A stretch of 48,938 bases of DNA from the NCBI GenBank assembly GCA_963792965.1, contig CAWBYW010000017.1, positions 1 through 48,938 of the forward strand, in the 5' to 3' direction. This stretch comes from an uncultured delta proteobacterium (GTDB lineage Bacteria > Desulfobacterota > Zymogenia > Zymogenales > Zymogenaceae). The translations under genes were made by a program, and so were the position numbers. The notes under the pieces are model-generated. The model did not search any database, had not been told where the DNA came from, and saw only the letters and a program-made list of their open reading frames with translations. Numbering within the stretch: the first letter of the stretch is position 1; every line of letters begins with the position of its first letter. Below are positions 20,618-31,954 of the stretch, in pieces.

Positions 20618-22758
20618 AAATGGGCGTCAATTTGATGATCGCCATCCATAACCACCAGCCGGTGGGGAATTTCCCCTGGGTCTTCGAGGGGGCCTGCGAC
20701 CGGTCCTACGGGCCCTTTCTTGAGGTCCTCGAAGAATACCCCGATATCAGGATCACCCTCCACAACTCGGGCCCCCTTATCGACTGGATGGAAAAGAATC
20801 GGCCCCACTATCTCGAGACCGTGGCCGCGCTTGCTTCCGGGGGCAGATCGAGGTGATGGGCGGCGGCTATTTTGAGCCGATCACCTCCATCATCCCGGAA
20901 AGAGACGCGATCTCCCAGATCCGTCTGATGAACCGGTACATAGAAAAGCGATTCGGCAAGCCGCCGGCGGGAATGTGGACTGCGGAGAGGGTCTGGGAGC
21001 CCACGCTTCCCCGCGTCACCGCCGCGGGCAATATCCGATACACGCTGCTTGATGACACACATTTTCGCTACGCGGGAATTAACGACGATGCCCTGGTCGG
21101 CTACTACGTCACCGAGCACGCGGGCTCTGCCCTGTCGGTCTTCCCGATCGACCGCGTCCTGCGGTACGCGATCCCCTTCCGGGAGCCCGATGAGACAATC
21201 TCCCGGCTCAAGGCGATCGCCCAGGCGCGGCCCGGCGCCGGCGTGGTATACGGGGACGATGGTGAAAAGTTCGGCCTCTGGCCGGGAACCCACGAGTGGG
21301 TCTTCGAGAAGGGGTGGCTCCTTCGGTTCTTCCAGGCCCTGCTGGAGAACAGGAACTGGATTACACTCATGACTTTTTCCGAATACCTCGACCGCTTCCC
21401 TCCCACGGGCCGGGTCTATCTGCCGACCGCCGCCTACGAGGAGATGACTGAGTGGTCTCTCCCCGCCCGCGCGATCATCCGGTACCAGAGGGTGAAACAA
21501 AAACTCTCCGACGCGGGGCTCCTCCAGGAGGCGCAGCCGTTCGTCAGGGGTGGCTTCTTCAACAACTTCCTCAGCAAATATGTCGAAGCCAACAACATGC
21601 AAAAGAGGATGTTGCTGGTGAGCAGGAAAGTCAACGCCGCCTCGAAAGAGAGAAGGGAAAAGGCCGAAAGATACCTTTTTGCCGCCCAGTGCAACTGCGC
21701 CTACTGGCACGGACTCTTCGGAGGGCTTTACCTTAACTATCTGCGCCACGCGATCTACGAGAACCTCTGTGCCGCCCAGGCCGTCGTTGATAAAGGCAAG
21801 CCCTCCGGTTGCGAGATCGAAGACTTCAACGCCGACGGCCAGGACGAGATTCTCGTATCCACCCCCGCCTTTCACGCCGGGATCGCCCCGGCGCTGGGCG
21901 GCTCGCTCTTTCACCTTGACCTCGTGGCCCATCGCTTCTGCCTCACCAATACGATGTCGCGGGTCTTTGAGGCATACCACGACGAGGCCCGGAGAAACGC
22001 CGAGCGGACAAATGCCGACGGCGACCGTCCCGCGTCGATCCATGAGAGAATGACCCTCAAGGAAGATGGGCTCCTCGATATCCTGACCTACGATCGATAC
22101 CCACGCTATTCTTTCATGGATCATATTTTTGCCACAGAGCCGGCGGTCGACGATCTGCTTTTTAACCGATATGTGGAGTCGGGAGATTTTGTGACGGGCG
22201 GCCACGAGACGGCACACGGTGTCCACGACGAAGGACGGCGTCACGATCCGGCTTGCCCGGAAAGGTCAGGCCGACGTCGGCCCAAAAAGATTTCCACTCA
22301 GCTTAAAAAAGATATATACTATTGGAGGGAAACGGGCCGGGCTTACCGTGGGCTATGAGCTGCTCAACGGGAGTGATGAGGAGGTGTCGTTCTTCTTCGG
22401 GACAGAAGTCAATTTCACCCTGTTGGGGGGGAGCGACCCCCAGCGCTATATCGCGTTTCCCGGCGATCGCCGGGCCCAGATGAACGAACACGGAGAGGCG
22501 GGAGCGGTTACGTCGTTTTCATTGGTCAACGAATATGACCACTTCAGGGTCGACTTTTCCCTCTCGACACCCGCGCGCCTCGTCTATTTCGGAGTAGAGA
22601 CGGCCTCCAACTCCGAAGGCGGGCTCGAGCGCACCTATCAGGGTACATGCCTGATCCCCCTGTTCCCCGTGACCCTTCCCGCACGGGGGGCCAGCGACGA
22701 TTCGGATCGGCATGAGCGTACGTCCGGCATGATCGGCCGCGGCGCGGCCCACCGATAG
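20614..22758 (+). CDS. GH57 alpha-amylase/4-alpha-glucanotransferase (DUF1925/DUF1926 C-terminal domains; frameshifts near 20850 and 22215)
   Basis: HNHQPVGNF, GGGYFEP, GMWTAERVWEP, GDDGEKFGLWPGT, AQCNCAYWHGLFGGLYL, SEGGLERTYQG; ATGA overlap with the upstream gene. Confidence 0.92.
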
Positions 22759-22829
22759 GCCCGCGTCGTTTGTTTATGCATGCCCTGGGGAGATGAACCC
22801 TTCCCGGGGCGTCGATGGAAGGAATAACG

Positions 22830-24548
22830 ATGGAAAAGAAAGGGTCCTTTACCTTCGTACTGCATTCGCACCTTCCGTATGTCCTGTCGCACGGGCGGTG
22901 GCCCCACGGCACAGACTGGCTTAACGAGGCGTCCGCCGAGACCTATATCCCCCTCATTAACGTCGTCAATCGGCTGATGTCCGAGGGGATACCGGCCAAG
23001 ATCACCCTCGGCGTAACGCCGATCTTGGCCGAGCAGCTGGCCAGCGTCTCCTTCAAGGAGGGCTTTGTCTCGTACCTCAAACAGAAGATGGAGGCCTCCC
23101 AAAACGACATCAAGGACTTTGAGCGTCACGGGGAAGCGGAGCTCGCATCGCTGGCGCGAATGTGGGAGTCCTTTTTCGGGGGGATCCTCGAGAGCTTCGT
23201 TGACCGCTACAAAAGCGACATCGTGGGTGAGCTGAGGCGCCTGAACGATGCCGGCGCTATTGAGGTGATCACCTCGGCCGCTACCCACGGCTACCTCCCG
23301 TTGTTGGGGTACGATGAGGCCGTCCGGGCGCAGGTGGCGCTCGGCGCCACCACCTACGAGCGTCACTTCGGGAAAAGGCCTTCCGGGATCTGGCTTCCCG
23401 AGTGCGCCTACCGCCCCGGCTATTTCTGGGAATTCCCCGTCGAGACCGCTGCGCCGGGTTACCAGCGACGCGGGATCGAGGAGTTCCTCTATGACGAAGG
23501 GATATCCTATTTCATCGTCGATTCCCACTTACTTGAAGGAGGCAGGGCGATCGGAGCCTACCTGGACCGCTTCGAGGGACTCAAGGAGATCTGGGATCGG
23601 TTTCTGGCCGAATATAAGGAGACCGAGGTCGATGAGCCGCGCTCGCCTTACGAGGCCTATGCGGTCTCGTCGGCCGGGGGACCCAAGACCGCGTCGATCT
23701 TCACCCGTGATCCCAAGAGCGCCCTTGTGGTCTGGAGCGGTGAGCACGGGTACCCGGGCGACGGAAACTACCTCGACTTTCACAAGAAACATTTCCCCGG
23801 CGGCAACCGCTATTGGAAGGTGACCGGCTCAAAGATCGATCTCGGTGACAAGCAGATCTATAATCCCCGCTACGTCCCGGGACGTATCCAGGAGAACGCC
23901 GCCCACTTCGCCGGGATTGTCCGCTCGACCCTCGGCGACTATTTTACGGCCCACAAACATCCGGGGATTGTCACCTCACCCTACGACACAGAGCTCTTCG
24001 GCCATTGGTGGTTCGAGGGGCCCGAGTTCATCTATCGGGTGATCAAAGAGCTTGCCGGCTCTCCCGACGTCGAGCTGATGACGCTAACCGAATCTCACGA
24101 CAAATACCCTCCACGAAAGGTCGTAAGCATCCCCGAGGGCTCCTGGGGAGAGGGGGGGTTCCACTGGATCTGGTTCAACGACTGGACAAAGTGGACATGG
24201 AAACATATCTATGAAGCCGAGCGAGAGATGATCGATCTGGCCAACAATTTTTCCGACCGTCCCGACCCCGGTTTTAGGCGGGTGATTGCCCAGATGGGAC
24301 GCGAGCTCCTCCTCATGGAGAGCTCCGACTGGCAGTTTCTGATCTCCACCTGGAGCGCCCGGGATTACGCGGAGATGCGCTTTTCCGAGCACTACCACGA
24401 CTTTACGCGGCTTGCCGCGATCGCAAAAATGCTCATCGCGGGAGGGCGGCCGTCCACGGGAGACTGGGAGTACGTGGGAGACATGGAAGTCAAGGACTCA
24501 CCCTTCGCAGATCTTGACGTATCGCTGTGGAGGACAGGTACCACATGA
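22830..24548 (+). CDS. GH57 1,4-alpha-glucan branching enzyme (DUF1957)
   Basis: LHSHLPY, ATHGYLPL, GIWLPECAY, PYDTELFGHWWFEG, ELLLMESSDWQF. Confidence 0.95.
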   Translation: MEKKGSFTFVLHSHLPYVLSHGRWPHGTDWLNEASAETYIPLINVVNRLMSEGIPAKITLGVTPILAEQLASVSFKEGFVSYLKQKMEASQNDIKDFERHGEAELASLARMWESFFGGILESFVDRYKSDIVGELRRLNDAGAIEVITSAATHGYLPLLGYDEAVRAQVALGATTYERHFGKRPSGIWLPECAYRPGYFWEFPVETAAPGYQRRGIEEFLYDEGISYFIVDSHLLEGGRAIGAYLDRFEGLKEIWDRFLAEYKETEVDEPRSPYEAYAVSSAGGPKTASIFTRDPKSALVVWSGEHGYPGDGNYLDFHKKHFPGGNRYWKVTGSKIDLGDKQIYNPRYVPGRIQENAAHFAGIVRSTLGDYFTAHKHPGIVTSPYDTELFGHWWFEGPEFIYRVIKELAGSPDVELMTLTESHDKYPPRKVVSIPEGSWGEGGFHWIWFNDWTKWTWKHIYEAEREMIDLANNFSDRPDPGFRRVIAQMGRELLLMESSDWQFLISTWSARDYAEMRFSEHYHDFTRLAAIAKMLIAGGRPSTGDWEYVGDMEVKDSPFADLDVSLWRTGTT

Positions 24549-24561
24549 CAGGAGGATGTTC

Positions 24562-25575
24562 ATGCCGGAACTGAAGAAAGGACCCGGTCATCGATCGGTG
24601 GGTGATCATCTCGACGGAGCGGGGAAAGCGGCCGATGTCCTTCGAGGAAAAGGTCGATGAGAAGAAGGGGGGATTTTGTCCGTTCGATACGGGCAACGAG
24701 GACAAGACCCCCCGTGAGATCTCGGCGATCCGAGACCCGAACAGCGCCCCAAATACCCCCGGCTGGCAGCTGCGAATTGTCCCCAACAAGTTTCCCGCCC
24801 TGATGGTGGAGGGCGACCTGAACCGCCGGGGCGACGGAATGTACGACAAGATGAACGGCATCGGCGCCCACGAGGTCATCATCGAGACCCCGGATCATAA
24901 CATGGATATCGTGGACCTGCCGCTGCCGAGGATCACCGACGTAATGATCGCCTACCGGGATAGGGTGGCCGACCTGCAAGAAAGACCGCGGTTCCGGTTC
25001 GTGATGGTCTTCAAGAACCACGGGAGCATCGCCGGGGCATCGCTTGAGCACACGCACAGCCAGCTCATCGCGCTGCCGGAGGTGCCGATCGCGGTCCTCG
25101 AAGAGATCGAAGGCGCCCAGCGCTTCTACGCGTATAAGGAGCGCTGCATCTTTTGCGACATCATCTCCGAGGAGCTCTCAACGCGGTCACGGGTCGTCTG
25201 CGAAAATCAGAAGTTCGTGGCCATCGCGCCGTATGCCCCTCGCCTCCCCTTCGAGACATGGATCCTCCCCAAGTCGCACCTGCCCCGCTATGAGGAGGGG
25301 CCCGTCGAGACGTACGAGGCGCTGGCCCACATCCTCAGCGAGGTGCTGACGCCGCCTCAACAAGGCGCTGCGCACCCCGCCGTATAACTATATCATACAC
25401 ACCTCCCCGTTTAACGACCCCCATTCCGGGGAAATCGGCCACCTCTACCACTGGCACATCGAGGTGATGCCCCGGCTCACGAAGGTGGCCGGGCTTCGAG
25501 TGGGGCTCGGGATTCTACATCAATCCCACGCCCCCGGAGGAGGCCGCGCAGTTTCTCAGGGAGGTTCAGCTATGA
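24562..25575 (+). CDS. galT: GalT-like hexose-1-phosphate nucleotidylyltransferase (frameshifted at several points)
   Basis: [52 protein letters not shown] (HxHxQ), CIFCD, HWHIE, GFEWG. Confidence 0.88.
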
Positions 25576-27025
25576 GGATTGCGATCGTCGCGTCGGAGGC
25601 GGTCCCTTTCGCCAAGACGGGGGGACTGGCCGACGTGGCCGGGGCGCTGCCCAAGGAGCTGGCCGCGCTCGGGCACGAGGTGCGGCTCGTCATGCCCAAA
25701 TACGGATCGGTCCAGGAGTCAAAATTCGGCCTTTCCCGGACCGGGAAGTCGTTTTCCGTCCCCCTGGCCGACAAGACCGCCCCCGGCGAGATATATGTTT
25801 CCACCCAGGACGGCTACACGGCGGTCTTCATCAAGAATGATGATTTCTACCTGCGGGACGGACTCTACGGCGACGCCAAAGGGGATTATCCCGATAACGC
25901 CTCCCGGTTCATATTCCTGGCCAAGGCCGCCCTCTCGGCGCTCAAGGAGCTTGGATTCGTGCCGGATATCATCCACGTAAACGACTGGCAGACGGCGCTC
26001 ATTCCCCTCTTCCTCGGCTCGATCTTCAAGGACGATCCCTACTTCCGAAAGGCTTCGACCCTGCTCACGATCCACAACCTCGGCTACCAGGGGCTCTTCT
26101 GGCACCTCGACATGCCGCTGTTGGGGGTCGGCTGGGACTATTTCACGCCCGAGGGAATCGAGTTCTGGGGAAAGATCAATTTCCTCAAGGCCGGCATCCT
26201 CTATGCCGATCTGATCAGCACGGTCAGCGAAAAATACGCCAAGGAGATCACAACTCCCGAATTCGGTTTCGGGCTGGACGGGGTATTGAAGAAACGCAAA
26301 GACGACCTGTCCGGCATCATTAACGGGATAGACACCGATATCTGGAACCCCGAGACCGACGCCTTCATCACGAAACAGTACGGTGCGGCCTCCCTTTCGG
26401 ACAAGCTCGAGAATAAGAAGACGCTCCTTGACGAGTTCTACCTGCCCCAGAAGCTCGACGTCCCGCTCGTCGGGATCATCTCACGCCTGGCCGACCAGAA
26501 AGGCTTTGATATCCTGGCTCAGGCGATGGATGAGATTATGGCGATGGACCTCATGATGGTGGTGCTCGGGACGGGGAGGCGCACTACCATGAGCTGCTGG
26601 CGCGCCTTGGCAAGCGCTATCCGACAAAGCTCGGGATCAAGCTCGCCTTTAATGTCCGCCTCTCGCATCTGATCGAGGCGGGCTCCGATATGTTCCTGAT
26701 GCCCTCCCGCTACGAGCCGTGCGGGCTCAACCAGATGATGAGCATGCGCTACGGCACCGTCCCGGTGGTAAGGGCGACGGGGGGTCTTGACGATACCGTC
26801 TCGGACTATAACGAAAAAACCGGGCGTGGAACGGGGGTCAAATTTGAGGGATACGACGCCGTGTCGCTTGCGGCCGCCGTGAAAAGGGCCGTCTCCCTCT
26901 TTCGCAAGAAAAAACAGTGGCAGATCATGATGAAAAACGGGATGGCGATCGACTTCTCGTGGCGCGCGTCGGCACGAAAATACGAACGGCTCTACGGCGA
27001 AGCGATCAAGAAGCGGCTCAGGTGA
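25572..27025 (+). CDS. glgA: Glycogen synthase (GT5), frameshifted near 26580
   Basis: [51 protein letters not shown]. Confidence 0.95.
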
Positions 27026-27210
27026 AGCTGAGAGGGTCGTCGCCTCGACATCGCCTCTCTCTGGAATAGCGACGGGCCTCTCCGCCCTCCCAAAAAAGAT
27101 CCCCGCGGCATATTTCCGCCTCGCCTGGGGAGTCCCGCCAGAACCGCGGGAGCTTGAGGCGACGCGGCACAGCGGCACGCGATAATTTTAGACCCTTTTG
27201 TTCAGGATAC

Positions 27211-29880
27211 ATGGCCGACCGCTTTTCAGATAAGATTTTTCAGGCGCTTGGGCAGGCGCTCCAGCCCGCCGTCGTCACCGACGGGGACGGGTTTATTGTC
27301 TCCATGAACGGAGCGGCCGAGAGAACCACCGGCTACCAGCAAAGCGAGGCGCTCGGGCTGCCCTTCTTCCGTTTCCTGCCCGACGACGTCGCCACGGAGT
27401 ACGACCGGATCCTGAAAAAGCTCGCCACCGCAATCCCGGTCTTCGTGCCGGGGATATCGATCATCACAAAGGATGGGAGGGTCCTCAAGACGAGCCTCTC
27501 GGGCTATCCGCTCAGGAACCCGGAGGGAGTCCCTCCTTTCTGTCTCTTCGTCTTCGAAGACTTTTCTGCCCACAATGGGCGAGCGGGAGAAATCCACTTT
27601 CTCGAAAAGGCGGTCGACGGCATCGGAGAAGGGGTCATCATCGCCGACCTTGAGGGGACCATTGTCTACTCAAACCAGACCGTCTCCGGCATGTTCGGGT
27701 ACGAAAAGGAGCAGTGCCTCGGGAGGAATATTTCTTCCCTCTTTGTCCGCCGGGTAAAAGACAGCCTGACCTACGAGATATTGAGCAACACAAAGAAGGG
27801 CGGCTGGGAGCGAGAGGTCCTTGCGATTAGGAGCGATGACACGGTATTCAGTGCCCGGCTGAAGACCTCACTTCTCTTCCCCGAGCAGAAGGAGCCGGCC
27901 CACATCGTCGGCATCATCCAGGATATCACCAAAGAAGTCGAGATGAGGGAGGAGTTATTGGCCATCAACCGGGAGCTCTCGGCGCTCTACGCCGTCTCCA
28001 CGGCGCTGGCCGAATCGATCGAGCTCGATGAGCTCCTCTTCATCAGCCTCGTTAAGGTCCTCGAGGTCATGGGGATGGACGTGGGAACTATCAGGATCCT
28101 TGAGGAAGAAACAAACGATCTCGTCTTAAGGACGCATGTCCGGGTATCCCAGGAATACCTCAACAGACATCGACGGATACCGGTGACGGGCAGCGTCTCG
28201 GGCAAGGTCGTGAGGACCGGGGTGCCCCACCTTTCCAGCAAGGATTTCTCCGAGCCGCTCGAACAGCAGGCCACGCTGATGGAGGAGGGGCTCTACCAGG
28301 TCATCATCGTCCCCATCAGATCAAAAGACAAAACCCTCGGCACTCTTACCGGCGGAGTCTATCAGCGCCGGGAATCGATCACCCAGGACATGAAGCTGTT
28401 GGTCTCCATCGGAAGCCTTATCGGGGTCGCGGTGGAAAACGCCCTGATCTTCGAGCGGGCCGATCGGCTTACCAAGGAGAAGGAGGTCAAGGTGGGCGAG
28501 ATGTCGCTCTTGACCGATCTTTCGGGAGCCCTGATGACGACCATCGAGTTGAACAGGCTCCTCTATATTGTCCTGACCGCCGCGACCTTCGGCGAGACCT
28601 TCGGGTTCAACCGCGCCGCGATTTTCCTCGTGGATGAGGAGGAGCAGGCGATCGTCGGTAAAATGGGTGTCGGCCCGACCAGCGCCGAGGAGGCGGGACG
28701 AATATGGGTGGAGCTTGAAAAGGAGAAGCTCTCTTTGCTTGAGATCGTGGCCAAGGATTACGAGCGGCAGGGTTCCCCCGACGCCCTCCAGAATCGGTCG
28801 GTGCGGAAGGTAACCATCCCCCTCGCGCGAAAAGACGACGTCGTCGTCCAATCGGTCCTCGAAAACAAACCCGTCATCGTGTCTGACGCACGAACCAATC
28901 CACGTGTGGACGAAATCATGAAGCGGGCGATGATAGGAGGGGAGGAATTTGCGTGCATCCCGATCGTCACCATGGACAGGCCGCTCGGGGCGCTGTTGGT
29001 CGACAACATATTCAACAGAAAGCCGATCAGGGAGGAAGACATTGTATTGCTGAACGCCTTTGCGAACCAGGCGGGCCTCGCGATCCAGAACTCGATCCTC
29101 TATACCAATAAGGAACGGATAAACCGTGAGCTCAGGGAAGCTCAGGCCAAACTCCTGCAGCAGGCCAAGATGGTCGGGCTCGGGGAGATGGCCTCCGAGA
29201 TGGCCCACGAGATCAGAAACCCGCTGGTCTCCATCGGCGGATTTGCCCGAAAGATTTCGCAGGGTGCTCAGGACAATCCCAAGATCAAGCGGTATAGTGA
29301 CATCGTGGTACAGGAGGTCATGAAGCTTGAGCATACCCTCTCCAATATCCTTTCGTTCCCGCGGGACATCCCGCCGAATATCGCGCCCATTGACTTCAAC
29401 GCAATGGTGAGGGACACGCTGGGTCTGGTCGTCGATGACCTCTCGGCAAAAAAGATCACCCTCACCCTCTCGCTGGACGAGGCTATTCCCCCGATCGAGG
29501 CCGACTCCGATCAGCTGCGCCAGGTCTTCCTCAACCTCTTCTATAACGCCGTCCAGGCGATGGAGGAAAAAGGGGGCACGTTGACCGTGAAGAGCTCGAT
29601 GGAAGAGATCGGTGCCGTCACCTATGTCAGGGCCGAGGTGAGCGATACGGGACCGGGCGTCTCCTCCGAAATCATCGGCAACATCTTTAAGCCGTTTTTT
29701 ACGACGAAGAAATCGGGCACGGGATTGGGGCTTGCCATTACTCACAAGATCGTCACGAACCACAACGGCAGTATCGATATCGTTAACCGGCCCGAGGGGG
29801 GGGCCTCATTCATCGTGGAGCTCCCGGTGAAACAGCCCAGGGAGCCCGGCGGGGAAAATCAACAGGAACAGGGACAATGA
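27211..29880 (+). CDS. Cytoplasmic PAS-PAS-GAF-GAF histidine kinase
   Basis: Two PAS-like and two GAF-like regions; AHEIRNPL; NLFYNAVQAM; DTGPG; FFTTK; GTGLGL. Confidence 0.93.
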   Translation: MADRFSDKIFQALGQALQPAVVTDGDGFIVSMNGAAERTTGYQQSEALGLPFFRFLPDDVATEYDRILKKLATAIPVFVPGISIITKDGRVLKTSLSGYPLRNPEGVPPFCLFVFEDFSAHNGRAGEIHFLEKAVDGIGEGVIIADLEGTIVYSNQTVSGMFGYEKEQCLGRNISSLFVRRVKDSLTYEILSNTKKGGWEREVLAIRSDDTVFSARLKTSLLFPEQKEPAHIVGIIQDITKEVEMREELLAINRELSALYAVSTALAESIELDELLFISLVKVLEVMGMDVGTIRILEEETNDLVLRTHVRVSQEYLNRHRRIPVTGSVSGKVVRTGVPHLSSKDFSEPLEQQATLMEEGLYQVIIVPIRSKDKTLGTLTGGVYQRRESITQDMKLLVSIGSLIGVAVENALIFERADRLTKEKEVKVGEMSLLTDLSGALMTTIELNRLLYIVLTAATFGETFGFNRAAIFLVDEEEQAIVGKMGVGPTSAEEAGRIWVELEKEKLSLLEIVAKDYERQGSPDALQNRSVRKVTIPLARKDDVVVQSVLENKPVIVSDARTNPRVDEIMKRAMIGGEEFACIPIVTMDRPLGALLVDNIFNRKPIREEDIVLLNAFANQAGLAIQNSILYTNKERINRELREAQAKLLQQAKMVGLGEMASEMAHEIRNPLVSIGGFARKISQGAQDNPKIKRYSDIVVQEVMKLEHTLSNILSFPRDIPPNIAPIDFNAMVRDTLGLVVDDLSAKKITLTLSLDEAIPPIEADSDQLRQVFLNLFYNAVQAMEEKGGTLTVKSSMEEIGAVTYVRAEVSDTGPGVSSEIIGNIFKPFFTTKKSGTGLGLAITHKIVTNHNGSIDIVNRPEGGASFIVELPVKQPREPGGENQQEQGQ

Positions 29881-30761
29881 CCGAGGAGAACAAGTACACC
29901 GATCAACAAATCGTCGATTCAAATATCGTCTTCCACGACGAGTTCGACGCCAAGGTATATGACTGGAAGTGGGGGAAGCACTACTCCACGGCCGAGATGG
30001 AAAAAACCCTTGCCGACTACGCCCACTATCTCGGGCATCCCGTCCCAACGGTGAAGCGCTACCTCGACATCGGGTGCGGGACGGGGAGCGCGGTCGTCAA
30101 CCTCTCCCTCTTCCCGAAGATGGGCGACGCCCACGGGTGCGACATCTCTCTTGGAATGCTCAAGGTATGCAGGACGAACGCGCACTCCGTCGGCTCCGAG
30201 GTGACGCTGGCGGTCTCCGACGCCCAGAAGCTCCCGTACCGTGACGACACGTTTGATCTCATCACCTGTCACGCGGTCCTGCATCACGTCGCCCGGCCGC
30301 GGGAGGTCCTGCAGGAGATCCATCGCGTGCTGGCCCCCGGCGGGAGGGCGCTCGTCTTCGAGCCGACCAGGTACGGCACGGCCCTCTGCTTCAGGTTGAT
30401 GCGGATCACGTGGGGCGTCGTCTGGGGAATCAGGGATCGGATCCGGGGCAAAAAACCGATCTGGGTGGTGGAAGAGGAGTTCGTCGACGGGCTTTCGGCC
30501 CCCCCAGACCTTACGACCTTTCGCCCGACGGAGCTCAGGGAAATGCTCAGGGAGATCCCTTTTAGTGGCAAACAGGTCACGACCTACGGTTTCCTCGGCA
30601 ACCTGACGCGCTGGTTCTGCCACCCGATGCGGCATATCCGCCCGATCAAATACCTGGCCGACGGGCTCGCCGCCCTCTTCACCCGGCTCGACGAGGGGCC
30701 GCTTCGAAAAATCGTGCCGGAGACCCTCTATTTTCAGGCCGTCATCACGTTGAAGAAGTAG
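29877..30761 (+). CDS. Class I SAM-dependent methyltransferase
   Basis: LDIGCGTG, CDIS, DAQKLPY..FDLI..VLHH, RVLAPGG; ATGA overlap with the kinase. Confidence 0.92.
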   Translation: MTEENKYTDQQIVDSNIVFHDEFDAKVYDWKWGKHYSTAEMEKTLADYAHYLGHPVPTVKRYLDIGCGTGSAVVNLSLFPKMGDAHGCDISLGMLKVCRTNAHSVGSEVTLAVSDAQKLPYRDDTFDLITCHAVLHHVARPREVLQEIHRVLAPGGRALVFEPTRYGTALCFRLMRITWGVVWGIRDRIRGKKPIWVVEEEFVDGLSAPPDLTTFRPTELREMLREIPFSGKQVTTYGFLGNLTRWFCHPMRHIRPIKYLADGLAALFTRLDEGPLRKIVPETLYFQAVITLKK

Positions 30762-30766
30762 AGCCC

Positions 30767-31912
30767 ATGGACCACCCCTTCGAGATCAGAGAGATCCTCG
30801 CGGCCTATTTTTCGCTGCTTCCCGAAAAGGAGATCATTCCCTTTTCTCTTGCCGGGGCTCGGGATGCCGAAGGGCTCTCCGCGCGATGGGAAGAGGTGCT
30901 CACCGGTGATACAAAGGAAGACGTCATCGGGTCTTTCGGCTATTATCGGGCCCTCATGGCCGTCCAAAGGGAGAGGGCCTGCGCCCTCTCGTACAACGAG
31001 ACGACCGCCCGTATCTATCCTTTTGTCGTCGGAAGAATATTCGAGCTTTTCCCCCGGGAGGTCCGGACCGAGCTGCTGGCGCACGCCCATGTTCCCGACA
31101 TTACGGGGCTCGCCCGGGCGATGGTGGAATCCCCGGCGCTGCGAAACGCCTTCAGACGTGCCTTCCAGGGCAACATCAGCGGCCCGATCCTCTCGTTTCT
31201 CTACTCGATGGTCTACCTCATGGGGTTTTCCTCGGGTGGGGAGGCGTCGTTTCTGCGGCGGGTTTTCGGCCGGGTGAAGGAGTGGAAGGGCCATCTGTTG
31301 GACGCCGGGGGCGGCTCGGGCTTCGCCGGGTTGGTCGTCTCGACCCGGGGGCCGGTGACCTATATCGATTTTTCGCCCTTTCGGGCCCGGCGCGCCGGGG
31401 CGATCGCGGCGGCCTCCCGGCACGACGAAAGCTTCTTTTACGATATGCTCGACCTCATCGACGAGGAATCCGCCGCCTTCGGGCTGGTCCTTGACCGCTC
31501 GCTTATCCCGCGGCTTTCCGCCGGCCCCGTCTCGTACCGGTCGGCCGACCTCTCCCACCTTTCGGGGGATCTCGGCCCCTTTGACGGCGCTATGCTGACC
31601 GACGTCCTGGAGCACACGACCGACCCCGAGGGGGTCGTCGTCTCGGTCGGCCGAACGCTCAGATCGGGGGCGCCGATCTTGATCACCGTGCCGACCGACG
31701 CAAACGGCATTGTTGGCAGGCTCAGGGAACAAGAGGAAGGGTATACGTTTCCTTTTCTGTTGCACATCGAGTTTTTCTCGGACGAGCGGATCGGGCGGAT
31801 GGCTGAGCGCGCGGGGTTTTCGGTGGAGGAGCTCTCCTATTTCTCTTACGAGAAGACGACCTGCCTCGGCCCGGCACCGATGGAAGTCATGGCGATGCTG
31901 AGAAAGAAATAG
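30767..31912 (+). CDS. Methyltransferase-domain protein with long N-terminal extension
   Basis: LLDAGGGSG, IDFS, FDGAMLTDVLEH, LRSGAPILITVP. Confidence 0.75.
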   Translation: MDHPFEIREILAAYFSLLPEKEIIPFSLAGARDAEGLSARWEEVLTGDTKEDVIGSFGYYRALMAVQRERACALSYNETTARIYPFVVGRIFELFPREVRTELLAHAHVPDITGLARAMVESPALRNAFRRAFQGNISGPILSFLYSMVYLMGFSSGGEASFLRRVFGRVKEWKGHLLDAGGGSGFAGLVVSTRGPVTYIDFSPFRARRAGAIAAASRHDESFFYDMLDLIDEESAAFGLVLDRSLIPRLSAGPVSYRSADLSHLSGDLGPFDGAMLTDVLEHTTDPEGVVVSVGRTLRSGAPILITVPTDANGIVGRLREQEEGYTFPFLLHIEFFSDERIGRMAERAGFSVEELSYFSYEKTTCLGPAPMEVMAMLRKK

Positions 31913-31945
31913 AACGGAGTCGCTCAGGAAAGACTCCGTTTTCTT
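31913..31945 (+). terminator. Probable intrinsic terminator between convergent genes
   Basis: aacggagtc-N10-gactccgtt followed by ttctt. Confidence 0.6.
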
Positions 31946-31954
31946 GGAGTGTCT

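Noticed and set aside
1667-27025. Many frameshifts read as pseudogenisation or programmed frameshifting
   Set aside because: They are single-base indels in otherwise conserved genes with no in-frame stops noticed, clustered by region while 27.2-43.7 kb is clean. This fits long-read consensus error better.
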